The position numbers were made by a program, and so were the translations under genes. 64,000 bases of DNA from the NCBI RefSeq assembly GCF_009914755.1, contig NC_060927.1. One strand, written 5' to 3'. Under the pieces are notes generated by a model. It did not search any database and was not told the origin of the DNA. It was given only the letters and a program-made list of their open reading frames with translations. Positions 49,610 through 64,000 of this stretch are shown piece after piece. Within the stretch, counting starts at the first letter, position 1, and the number at the start of each line of letters is the position of its first letter. Source of the stretch: the human T2T-CHM13v2.0 reference genome, Homo sapiens.

Positions 49610-50204
49610 TGCTAGGACTCAAAACATTATACCCCAATATATGGTGTCTTGGCATGCAGAGTACTTTGAACTGAAGGGCACTGGAAGGGCCTCAGAAGGA
49701 AGGCCCCTCTGACCTTCTCTCACTCTCCTTTCTCCAGCTCTCCTCTCTCCCAAGGCGGCCCATAGAAATTAGAATTCTTTGACCTCACAGCAAGCCGTAA
49801 AACCTAAAAGGGTCACTCTGACCTATTTTACCAGAAAATAGATCAGAAGACCCTTTTCTGGCAGTTGTTCTTCCTTATATGGGGGGAAGGTATGCTACAC
49901 AGCAAGGTCGAGAAGAATCTGAAGAGACAGGCTTTGCTAAATTCTCTACAGTTTATTATCATTAGGTCATACTCTTTTTGTCGAATCACGTTTCTCCACA
50001 ACTATTCACTTCTTTCTTCAGAAGCATACAAATTCAAAATTTTCCCTGGGTTTGGGTCTGCATTTCTGAAGGCTCCCACGTCACTTAAAACTTTATTAAA
50101 TGAACACATTATGCATTTTTCTTGTTCATCTGGTTTTTGTTATAGGTATGTCAGCTGTGACCCTTGTAATGGGTGAGAAAAAGACATTATGTTTTGCCAC
50201 TACA
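49610..50204 (+). mobile_element. MER34-group ERV1 solo LTR
   Basis: 'ataccccaatatatggtgtcttggcatgc..tactttgaactgaagg'; TG...CA; TSD taac/taat. Confidence 0.75.
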
Positions 50205-51418
50205 TAATAAGCAAACTAAAAATTATTGGCTGGATTTTATTGCTATAATTCCGTAAATGGACAAATGGATATCCGCTAACCATGGTTTTCTACTCAGATT
50301 TGGGAAAACTTATCTCTTCTAGTTTCCACTATTGTGATAGGAGCAATTAATATTTAGATACTCTTTTACTGGTGGTGTAATATTGCAGGATAGATAGTAT
50401 GTGGGGAAAGTAAAGTTCAAATATATTTATATGCTATACATAAAGCATGCTTTCATTGTGTATTCATATGTATTTATAAATAATAACTAATAATAGTAAA
50501 TAATAATAGGGAATTGGTGGTTTGAAAAGAATGTGATAACCTTGGAGCAATCTCCAAGTAATTTTTTCATAAATAATATCACCTGAAGTATGAGGAATGC
50601 TTTGTGTTAAAACCTGAAGCTCTGTGAATGTTTATTGATGATGACAGCATTTCTTATAATTTAGTAATTTGCTTTGTAAATGATGTACTTTAAAGTATTC
50701 TATGAACCAAAAATATCAGCTGTGTATTATATCACTATTTTTTAAAGGCTTTCCACTTGTTTTCCTTTGGGTTCTCATTTTTCCAGGGACAGAAACTATG
50801 ACAAATTATCCAATTCCATAAAACCAAAGCTAGTCCACCATTCTCTATTCAATCGAAGACACAATTCATCTATAAAGTGTTCTCATTGTATGTTTCATGT
50901 GGAGAAAGAAACGAATGTCATAAACGTGCTGCAGTTATTTTCCATTTCTTCTTGTTTCTGCAGTAATAAAAGAAGAAAGAGAGTTAAACATGTATTTACT
51001 TGTCAAACTGGACAAAATTCTTCAAAAAGAAAAATTATGTACTACCTTAACCACTTTAGCAATTTGAGCTAAGAGGAAAAAAAATTAAAAAAAGGATGGA
51101 TTTCTTATTAGCTACTTTATTTTTTATTCAGTGGGTAACACTTTTTTCCCCCTAGACATTTGCCTGTCTCAAAATTAAGGAGTTATTTTAAAACCACTTC
51201 ACTGTGTTTTTTGAAACCTAGGTGACTATTCTGTACTTAAAATATACAAATACTGTATATGGTTGGAGGTATTGAAATGATGAGTATATTCTAAGTGCTT
51301 TCTAGTAAGTTGATGTTAAACCTTTAAGATGCCTTTACAATGAACATGTAAATGGATAATTCACTCGATAAGCCAGAAAAAGAAAAGAATTATCTTTTGT
51401 TACATTTAGAAGGCATAA

Positions 51419-51795
<377 letters not shown>

Positions 51796-52448
51796 TGATT
51801 TTATAGGCAGAACAAAGAACAGGCACATTGTCTCCCTTTTAAGTATTTCCTTTTATGAAGTGCAGAATAATTACATGAAAAGTAAAAATAAAATTTGGAC
51901 ATGGGGTACAATATCTTTCATAGCTAGCAATAGTGATGAGACTTTACAAAAAAGGATTCTTCCACTTTAACGAGGCTCCTTGTGCATATAGGAAGATATC
52001 CTTTTCTATACAGAACTTGCATTTTGAGGTATTTTAGCATTCTATAGAATGTGGGTTACTGTTGTTATTAAATGTCTGGCTTTATTAACGAGATCATTTA
52101 TTACTCCTTGCCTGTGCCACCTGCAAACACAGCTGTAACTAGGTTCAGTATTGTTCTGATTAATTTTTCTTGACAATTTTCCTTTTCTTCTTTCTTTTTC
52201 CTGTTTAAATATGGAACGTGTGGAGTCATAGTTGTGGGAGTATCTGAATTCTAAATCAACATTTTCCAAAACATCATTTCCAAATTGACTTCAAAGTTGA
52301 ATTGGCCATTGGCTGTTGTTTTGTTTTGTTTTGTTTTCTTGTGAATGTAGAATTTTAAATGCTAAACATCACGTGCCAGTTTTCTTCTTTGAGGCCAAAA
52401 AAAGCAAATCACTAAAATTTTCACAACAATAATGTCAATCTTCTATGT

Positions 52449-52668
52449 CAGGAGTAGGGACACTACGGTCTGTGAGCCAAATCAAGATCGTCAAGATCAC
52501 AGCCTACTTCTGTTTTGATAATCTGTGAGGTAGCAATATTTTTTACATTTTTATAGGGTTTTTTAGAAAAAAAAAAGAAAAGAGAATATGTAATGGAGAC
52601 CTTATGGCCCACAGAGCCTTAAATACTCACTATCTGACTCCCTTAGAAAAGTCTGGTAGACACCTGCT
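52449..52668. mobile_element. MER58-family hAT MITE (MER58C-like)
   Basis: 'cactacggtctgtgagccaaatc' and 'atggcccacagagccttaaatactcactatctg..cccttagaaaagt'. Confidence 0.75.
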
Positions 52669-52979
52669 GTCCTATGAAAGTATTTATACACACAAGCATA
52701 CTAAGTGTTCCTCTTGTAACTCTAATTTCCAGCTCTTACATTTTTGCCTTGGGCTTGCAATCTCTTAGCTCTCTCTTGTTTTCTAGCCCTCCCTTTTGAG
52801 TTCTTATAAATAATCACATTCTTCTACAGTATAAATTAAGAGGTCTCTAAAATGACATGTGCCATGGGCACAAGAGAGGAGCATGTTGGTTCTTGTGTAT
52901 GTAATCAAGTGAATTTAAATGAGATTAATACCTGCCCTTCATTTTTCACTTTTCTATATTTGTTGACATAATGATCTTT

Positions 52980-53215
52980 GTGATTTATTTCATTCATTCT
53001 AACCTATGAATATTAATAAACTCTGTGTACAGTAAATAAGATACAGCTCCTGCCCTCATGTGTTTACAGTTTGATGAAGAAGACAGAAAGTTAAGTAGGC
53101 ATTACAATACACTCTCATAACTACTACATACTACTATATAACTGTGTAGGTCAGAGTAGGGAAACAAAATCAAACAGTATTATGGAAGGCATTTAGAAGA
53201 ATTGCATTTTGCATT
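52980..53215 (-). mobile_element. L2 3' fragment
   Basis: 'ttcattcattc', 'aataagatacagctcctgccctcatg..tttacagttt'. Confidence 0.6.
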
Positions 53216-53671
53216 CAGCTAGCTATTAACATGCACATTTCTAGCTTCATGGAGCTTTACATAGAAGCATTGCAATTAGTATCCCAATATTTTCAAGAAA
53301 AATTAAATAACTTTCTAGCACTTGTAGCCTGTTACTGCTTAGAAAAAGAAAAAGAAAAAAAAAAGATGGTGGCAGACTATGTATTTTCATGACAGCAAAT
53401 TTTTAGACCTTTTGAGAAATCCCTTTAACTAGAAAGCAATTGTTCCATTTTAAAGTAAAACTCACTGGCAATGTCATTTTGAACTTCAAAGCAATGTCAG
53501 TTTTCATCTCTTAGGGAGCAAATGGTCAGTCATGCAGGTCTTGTCAGCAGTAACAAGACATTTCAAACTGGGGACCCTGGAAACCAAAAAGTGGAATTTT
53601 TTTTTTTTTTCAATAGGTACAACTTCATTAACTTGAAAATTAAAGGTAAACATTTGATTTCAGTTTGCTTA

Positions 53672-53880
53672 CTCTAGCTGTCCAATTCAGTAGCCATTAG
53701 CCACATAGAATCTCTCAATGTAAATAAATTTAAATTAAATTAAATTTAAAACTCAATTTCTTAATCACGGGAGCCATATTTCAAATGCTCAGTAGCTGCA
53801 TGTGGCTAGTGGCTACTATATTGAACAATGAAGATAAAGGAAATTTCCAACATCACAGAAAGTTCTATTAGAAAGCACTG
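53672..53880. mobile_element. MER3 (hAT-Charlie MITE)
   Basis: 'gccatatttcaaatgctcagtagctgcatgtggctagtggctac...catcacagaaagttctattagaaagcactg'. Confidence 0.85.
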
Positions 53881-55339
53881 ACTGTTCCATTGATCACAGT
53901 AAAGTCACATCTATTAAGTTCCCCAAATAGCAGTTGTTTGTCATATACCATTCGGACAACTTCTTTTTGTAATTGCACTTCAAAGAACAAATTTTTGAAC
54001 TTCAGTTATTGCTTTAGCTAGATATAAACTCTTCCAAAGTTTTCTTCTTCAAATAAGGTCTACACCTTGCAAAGCCCTTGTAACCGTATTTACTTTTCAT
54101 TATGTATTCAGATTTTAAAGGTCTTTAAGGAAGCTAAAATAAGTATAGAAAAGTGCATGTAGTTCAATAAATAATCTCAAAATGAACATTCTCATGTATC
54201 CCTCACCAAAGTCAATAAATAGAACATCACTTATTATAATTTTACTTACTGAGTAATTTTTAAAGAGATTTTTAGGTTCTTACCATTTTGTGTAATTAAA
54301 TTAAAAGTTTTGTAGAGTAAATTTGGGTTATTCATGAAATACCCAATTTATAAATTATCAATTTTCATTTTTCTTATTTTTCTCTGTCACTATGCTAATA
54401 ATTTTAGCCTCTTTTGTTAATTATAGTAACTCACTCCTTCCCCTGTCCATAGTTTGGTCATGTGGATAGAGTCAAGGAGGAAATAGTCAAAGGCCAAATA
54501 ATCAAAACTGAAGTAATCATATGCTGTCATTTGGTGGTTTCACTGTCACTATTTATTGGCATCCAATATGCTGAAAATCTGAACCACACATCTGCTAAAT
54601 GATACGGTCATCCATGTATTTTCTTTATTTCAATACTATATCTTTGCTATTTAAGAATGCAAAATTTGATCAATATAACTTTCAATTGTGTCATAGTAAA
54701 ATACATAATAGTTATACTGTGTGTGATATTTAAAAAGTGCATTTCATAGAGTTGACACCTATGATTTAAAGTTTAAAATATCTCTGTCCACTTACTCAAT
54801 TAAGTAAGTATTCTACAGTTATAGTTTTGGACTTAGCAAGTCCTCACTTAACAAGGTATTAAAGATATACTACATAGATGACCTAGTGCAAATTCATTTA
54901 GCTTTTTCATGCATCGGTTACGTGTTTTGTTTTGTGCCTTAGGAATGCCAAGCTTTTATGTACCTTGGGAAAATGAAATAATGAATATCTTTTTTTTTCT
55001 TTTTATAGGAAAAGCAGAATACTTTTATTTCCTAAGAAATCATATCTAAAATAAAATTTTACTCAGTTAGTTTGAGGAGTAGGCCATCTTAACTATTAAG
55101 TGCTTAAAAGCAATGGTAGTTTAATAATTTCAACTGAAAATTAATTCCAACTAATTTCCATAGGCATTCATCACAGTTTTACTTATTGCAGACAAAGGAG
55201 CCTTCATTGAGGATTAATGGACTCTCAAGATGAGCTCTGAGATATTTGAACTCTCTAAAATTATATGCAAAGCTGTGGATGTGTATATATTGGAAATGCC
55301 CATACCTTTAGATTAATGTAGATTAATCTAATTAGTGTT

Positions 55340-56285
<946 letters not shown>

Positions 56286-56642
56286 AAGGAAGTATTTTTA
56301 TATCTGCTCATTTATTTAAAAGAATTCATTTCAATTCAAACTTGTTTTCACATACATACACATTAAAGACCTGATAGTTCTATTAACATAATTCAATTAC
56401 CTTATTAACTTACTTGACACACTTTTTCGTGGTGAGAATATGAAAATCATACAAACCTATCAGACTGGACTTGGTTATATCAGCGTTTGAAGAGATCAGA
56501 AAGATCATCCTTTTACAATTGAGGAATTGGAGGATTAAATTCAGTGGGTAGGCAGGAAGAAACACGGCATGGCACCACCCAGGCTTAGTAGTTCTGTATT
56601 CCTTGGGCAAAGCTGTTTTACATCTTTAATTCTCACTTTTTA

Positions 56643-56966
<324 letters not shown>

Positions 56967-58069
56967 TACATTTTTAAGGTGAAACAACAATAACCAATTC
57001 ATTTACAGAAAACTACTTTCACCATTTTGTTTTTTTTTTTTTTCTAACCAAACATCCTCCAGTACATTTTTCTGATGTTTGAGGGAGGAAATGGGGAAGA
57101 AAACAGAAGAAGGGCCGAAGGAAAGAAGGGAGAAAATGAGAATGTGGATTACAAAATTTCTAGGACCTTGGTACTTATTTGAAGACGCAAAAGACCCTGG
57201 ATAGGCAAAGCAGGCTTGCGCAGAATGACCAAAGCTGCAGGCATTACAGTACTGGACATCAAAATATTCCACAAAGTAAACAGGACAGCATGTTACGTGG
57301 CACAAAAACAGACACCCGGACCCGTGGAACAGGATATAGAATTCAGAAATAAATTCATGCATGCACAGCTAACCGATTTTTTATAAAGATGCCAAGAACA
57401 CGCATTGGGAACAGGACAGTCTCTTTAACAAATAGCGCTGGAAAAATTGGATATCCACGTGCAAACTAATGAAACTAGATCCCTACCTACCACCATATAC
57501 AAAAATAAATTCTAAATGAATTAAAGACCTACGTGAAAGACCTGACACTATGAAATTAGAAGAAAACATAAGGGAAGCACTTCATGAAATTGAACTGGGC
57601 AAGGATTTTTTTTAGTAAGACCTCAAAACACAGGCAACAAAAAGCAAAAATTAGAAACTAGATTACATCAAACTAAAAAGATTCTGCACAGCAAAAGAAA
57701 CAATCAACAGAATGGAGACAGAACCTACAAAATGGATGAAAGTATTTTCAAAAGTATGCAATGACAAGGGGTTAAAATCCAGACTATATAAGAAACTCAA
57801 ACAAATGAGTACCAAAAATAATAATAATTTGATTAAAAACGGGCAAAAGACCAAAATAGGCAAGTAACAAAACCAGACACACAAATAGCCAACAGATATA
57901 TTTTAAAATGCAAAACATCGCTAATCATCAGGGAAATGCAAATAAAACCAGAGAAGATATTACTCCACGCTTGTTAGAATGGTTATTATCAAAAAGACAA
58001 AAAAAATAACAAATGCTGGCAAGGATGTGGAGAAAAGGGAACTCTTATGCACTGTTGGTGGGAATGTAA

Positions 58070-58371
<302 letters not shown>

Positions 58372-58556
58372 ATTTTAAGAAAAATAGAACTGTCATATGA
58401 TCCAGCAATCTCAGTACTGGGTATATATTCAAAGGAAATGAAATCAATATGTCAAAGAGATATCTGCACTTCATATTTATTGCACACTATTTACAATATC
58501 CAAAATATGGATTAAAGTAAATGCCCATCTACAGATGAATGGATAAAGAAAATGCA

Positions 58557-58646
58557 ATATATATACATAGAGAGAGATATAGATATAGATATATCAGACA
58601 CACACACACACAATAGAATGCTACTCAGCCATAAAACAGAATGTGA

Positions 58647-58690
<44 letters not shown>

Positions 58691-58706
58691 ACACACACAC
58701 ACACAC
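58557..58706. repeat. Compound (TA)/(GATATA)/(CA)/(CT)/(CA) microsatellite
   Basis: Directly visible. Confidence 0.9.
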
Positions 58707-59628
58707 TGGAATGCTATTCAGGCATAAAACAGAATGAAATTCTATAATTTGCAACAACATGGATACACCTGGAGAACACTACATTAAGTGACATAAGCCA
58801 GGCATAGAAAGACAAATACTGCGTGATCTCAGTCACATGTAGAATCCAAAAAAGTTTATTTCATAGAAATAGAGAGTAGAACAGTGGTTACCAGAGGCTG
58901 AGGTGAGTACATGGGAGGGAGGACCTGAAGAGGTTGGTCAACTGTACAAAATTAGGGTTGGATAGAAAGAATAAGTGCTGATGTTTAATTACAGAGTAGG
59001 GTGACTATAGCAAATAGCAATGTAATGTATATTTCAAGATAGCTAGAAGAGAAGATTTTTAATGTTATCACCACAAAGAAAGGATGAATGTTTAAAGTGA
59101 TGGATTTAATGACTATCCTGATTTGGTCATTATACAATGTATACATTCCCTGAAACATCACACTACAGCCCAGAAACATGTACAGTAATTATGCGCCAAT
59201 TATAAATAAAACATAAATTTTTAAAAAGCTAAGAAAATACTACAAAAATTTGCCAAAATCATATAATATTATATTTATAGTTTTCTAGTCCCTGATTTTC
59301 ACTTTTTAAGTGTGACATTTAGTTATTGCATGGTATTCCTTCACATAGATGCACCATATTTATTTGATAGCTTTTCCATTTTTGTTCAGCAAAGAAGTTT
59401 CTGCTTTCACACAACTACATGTCATGTGGCCTTCAGCATGAATCGTTTCCTGTATTGGGAATCATTTCTTAACTACTGATTCCCAGGAATGAAAAGTTTC
59501 TGAGACATAGCTCCAAGACTCTGTATCTATTTGTATTGGCTTCAACAATGTATTGACTAAATACCAAAATAGGAACAATTATTGCATTTTAGAATAGACA
59601 TCTTTAATGACAATGGAAACTATCTTAC

Positions 59629-59746
59629 CCCTCTTTATACACTAGTTGGACCTTCTTCTTATACTCATGGGAGTCTTTGAGAACTTGAGCATATATTGTT
59701 TCCCTCCTGAAGGGGGTCCTGTCAGCTGTGGTGGCACTTGTGACAT
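59629..59746 (-). other. Candidate spliced exon, 118 bp (lncRNA or unknown gene)
   Basis: Minus-strand acceptor tgtttccctctcag| and donor gg|gtaaga in non-repeat DNA. No transcript evidence available. Confidence 0.3.
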
Positions 59747-60239
59747 CTGAGAGGGAAACAGCTGTATTTGAAACAATAAAGGTAGTGGCTGAGGCAGATG
59801 CTCTTTGGAAATGACTCATCTTCTTTTAGAACTCAAGTTGTCACAAGCAGGTACAGCAGACAAGTTTATGTTTATGTGTAAAGTGATATGTGATCATCTT
59901 TCCCATACACTCAAAGCCTTATTTATTTTGACTACATTATACAGATGCTGCTATCCGCAGGGTGTAGAGAATATGCTAAGTAGTATGTCAACCTCAACAC
60001 CTCAATAGATAGAACTTACTTACTCATCATGTTAACATATTGGGCCACATTTTTCCAGAGTGTGAATTACTCCCGCTCAGGAAATTTCCACCTGAGAAAC
60101 ATCATTAACTCTTTCATGGTACCAGCAATCTGGTTAGCAAATTGCCTCTTTACTGAACTAAAATTCTACATTCAGAAAGGTAAGGAAGTGGTCTGTATTC
60201 CTTCTCCCTATTTTTGTATAGGACTATCGCAGTAAAAAT

Positions 60240-60450
60240 GGCTAAGCGTGTGAATTCTAAGGAAGGATTTCTGGATTCAAATCCTTTCTCCACAAAGTAT
60301 ATAACTCCTCTATTTTTCAGTTTCCTCAGAGGTAAATAATACCTACTGCACAGGTTTATTGTGAGAATTAAATAATTGTATGCATATTAAGTACTTAGAT
60401 ATAACTTTAATACTAAATGTAAGCACTCAATATGTGTTAGCAGTTATATT
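60240..60450 (+). mobile_element. MIR
   Basis: 'tttcagtttcctc..gtaaataatacctactgcacaggtttattgtgagaattaaata...taaagcactcaatatgtgttagc'. Confidence 0.75.
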
Positions 60451-61417
60451 GTTACATGTGCTATTATTGTCACTATTATTTTAATAATCTTCAAGAAAAA
60501 TTGCACATCCTACTTCCATGTTGTTGAGACCTGAGTGTCCATATAACGCCTGGTACTCTCTGAGACAGTAAATAACTCTAGGAAAATACAGTTAGTGGAC
60601 TAAAATTAGGGCCGTGTCCATTTAAAAAAATTATAAGTGAGTCGTACGGATAATCACAGTTGACATCATTGTTCTTGTGTCCTTCACTGTGAACTCTTAG
60701 GAACATAAAGATTTAGGTCTCCATGTCCTGAGGCAGTAAATTGTTTAAGAAGAAAATAGCTACATTGATAGGTTCTGGTTTGCTTATTGGCATTTGGCTT
60801 TGTGGGTCCAACAGCGGCACAAAGATTTCGAAAATCTGTGTTCAAGACCAGCTCTGCCTCTTAGTAGGATGACCTTGGACTGCTCAGTGTCTGTTTTTCA
60901 GATCTTTATCCATTTTTGTAGGACTTGGTAGTCTCTGAGATGTCTATGAGAGCTAACATCTTATGATTAAGTCTGCAAGGACATTTTTCTTATGCTTTAG
61001 AGAATGAGTTCTCTTCAGTTCCTCAAGTAGACAAACCATTATGGTATAATAAATTGTCAGTAAAGTTATTCTGATTATACTTGCCATTGGAGAAAGAATC
61101 CAATGATGTGTTTCAGGTAGGGTATAGATTGTCTGGATAAGACCACACACCTGGCTGAGTTAGATTAAGTTTCTGATATAATAAGCTAATAAACAAAATT
61201 ATATCAAAAGTGAATTGGTCACACAGAGAATTGGCATCTGCAGCCAATACCAGAATAGCTTTCATTGGTCACCTGTTTCTAAAGGGATTAGTCACTCAGT
61301 AGTGCCATTGTCTGTGCAAAGCAGTTCTCTCCAGCTTTGAGAAACTCACTTCTTGGTAGAGTCAAACTCTTTTAAATTTAGTGCGTCCCTTTCTGTGACT
61401 TTATAATGTTTGACACT

Positions 61418-61766
61418 ACCTTAGTCAGTTTGGGCTGCCATAACACAATACTAAAGACTGGGTGGCTTTAACAATGCCATTTATTTTTCACAGTTCTGGC
61501 AACTGAAAGCCCAAGATCAGGGTGCCAACTTGGTCATGTTCTTGGTAAAGATCCCTTTCCTGTTTACAGAGTGTATCTTCACATGGTAGAGAGAGGGAGA
61601 GGAGGCAAGCTTTGTGTGTCTCTCCTTAAAAGGGTACTAATTCCATCCTGAGGGCTCTACCCACATGACCTAATTACCTGCCAGAGACAGTGGGAGTATT
61701 ATTACATCAGGGGTTAGTTTTTTAACATATGAATGTGGGAGGTGCACGAACACTCAGTCTACTGCA
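61418..61766 (-). mobile_element. MLT1A-like MaLR LTR
   Basis: 'ttagtcagtttgggctgccataacacaatactaaagactgggtggcttta', 'catgacctaattacct'. Confidence 0.85.
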
Positions 61767-62232
61767 GGTACTTCATGGTTCTTGAAATGAACACAGTGTC
61801 AACAGGTCATATTTTCATCCAGGAGGAAAAGGTCAAACTATTGCCCAGATGTAGCTGGTAAACAGTGCTTCCACATTTGTAGTGTCCTGGTATTGCCTGT
61901 GTTTACCTTGGGAACCAAGACATGCTGATCTAATGGCAGACCCTTGCGTCTCCCCATTCACCACTGCTTATGAGGAAATGCTAAAAGCTGTTGTATTTTT
62001 ATCTGTACCTCTTATTCAAGATAAAGCAGTATTTTGGTGGTCCATTGACACATTGATTACAGTGGAGCCATGTTTGACTCAGAAATTAGGGTTTAAAGTC
62101 AGTAGTTATAGTGAAATCCATGTCTAGTAAAATTGCCCTTAGAAATCTGTTAAGCTGGACATAAAGTGCATTGTAAATAGATTTGTGTATGCAATCTTAA
62201 GTAGCAAAATAGTATTTAAAAATAGTAGAGTA

Positions 62233-62541
<309 letters not shown>

Positions 62542-62552
62542 TTAAGATACTA

Positions 62553-62885
62553 CAGTAGAACCCTCATATTCTTGGAGGGATACATTCCGAGACCCCCAAT
62601 GGATGCCTGAAACCATACATTTTACCAGACTCTATATATACTGTACCATGTTTTTTTCCCATGCATGCATACCTATGATGAATTTCCAAATTAGGCACAG
62701 TGAGAGATGAACAACAACAATAATAAAGTAGAAAAATTAGGACAATCTACTGTAATACAAGTTATGTGAATGTGGTCTCTCTCTGTTTCTCTCTTTCTCA
62801 AAATATCTTAATATTTTTGAACTGCAATTGACCACAGGTAACTGACACCATGAAAAAGCAAAACCACAATAAGAATGGACTACCG
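62553..62885. mobile_element. MER44/Tigger7 derivative
   Basis: TIRs cagtag.../...ctaccg flanked by TA; 'gacccccaatggatgcctgaaacc', 'aaattaggcacagtgagagat'. Confidence 0.85.
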
Positions 62886-63265
62886 TATTTCTAAACTAGA
62901 CTTAACACACTGCAAGACGCTCACACTGACAGAGGCTCCCAGAAACATACCCACTGTAGGCACAGCTAATTCATGTCCCCCTGTTCACTGTTCATGACCC
63001 TTCGGGTTATATTCATTTCAGGAAAGGGAAGAGAGAGTCACTCAAGACACTAATATTGTTTCTCTTCTTCTCTTTTTGATTCCCCAGATGTCTATATTTG
63101 GAATATTGTAAGCTAAATGCACAGTGATGTGACTCCTGTATAGCTAAGGTTAGCAATATATCCATTGAGGGAAGAGATGAACTAAGAGTTTTGAATGATA
63201 GGCTGCTGCAGGGAATCAGTTTAAGTTACCTTTTGACGAGTCAAAGAACATTTATTAAATATCCA

Positions 63266-63660
63266 TGTTATGGATTGAATGTTTGTGTCTCTCCCCACCA
63301 TTCATATGGTGGAGCCCTAAACCCTAATGTCATGCGACTTAGAGGTTAGGCCTGTAGGGAATAATTAGGTTTAGATGAGGTCATGAGAGAGGTGTCTTCA
63401 TAATGAGACTTGTGTCCTTATTAGAAGAGGAGGAGCTTGCTTTTTCTCTCCATGAGCACACCCTAGAAAGGTCATGTGAGGACACAGCCACAGCCAGAGG
63501 TGGCCATCTGCAAGCCAGGAAGCAGACACTCACCAGACACTCAAGCTGCTGCCACCTTCATCTTGGACTTCAAAGCTTCCAGAACTGTGAGAAATAAATG
63601 TCTGTTGTTTAAGATGCCCATAGTATTTTGTTATAGCAGCCTGAGCTGACTAAAATAACC
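63266..63660 (+). mobile_element. MLT1A-like MaLR LTR
   Basis: 'tgttatggattgaatgtttgtgtc'...'cttccagaactgtgagaaataaatgtctgttgtttaag...gttatagcagcctgagctgactaa'. Confidence 0.88.
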
Positions 63661-64000
63661 TACTATCTCTTTGATCTAGATTTTTTAATCCAGGAAAAAA
63701 ATACCTTGCCTGTCTGCATGCAAATGTAAATGGGATGCATAGTAGAGATGGCATTAGAAATCAGTGAATAAAACATAGACGGGCAAATAAATAACCTGGA
63801 GGCCTTTTGCTATGCGTCTAGAACATATAAATAATTCTGTACATTTCGAGTGCACACAAATCACTTACATGTAGGTTAATACCTAATTATATAAAGCAAA
63901 CATTAATTTCTAAAAAATAAAATATGTAACTTTTTTATAAACTCAGAATACAGAATGGTTTTTTAAATGAAATATAAAATTACAGAACTTGAGTAAAACA

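Overview
AT-rich, CpG-poor human genomic DNA (an AluYb8, a human-specific subfamily, is present). It is almost certainly intergenic or deep intronic. I recognise no host protein-coding gene, RNA gene or CpG island. Bases 1-31 kb are a dense, nested LINE-1 graveyard: old L1M elements plus a 4.6-kb 5'-truncated L1PA with decayed ORF1/ORF2. Bases 30-50 kb hold about nine ERV1-type solo LTRs. The rest is L2/MIR, DNA-transposon MITEs, MaLR LTRs and Alus between short unique stretches. All long ORFs are L1, Alu or low-complexity derived. I found no evidence for a new biological system. The best observations are structural: (1) a perfect 78-bp inverted templated copy (27310-27387 to 31256-31333) at the break of a truncated Alu, suggesting a recent template-switch deletion; (2) a near-consensus AluYb8 that may be polymorphic; (3) a TSD-less L1M/L1PA junction; (4) an ancient twin-priming-like L1 inversion; (5) a candidate 118-bp minus-strand exon. 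Repeat subfamily names come from recalled consensus sequences, not a database search, and boundaries of old elements are approximate.
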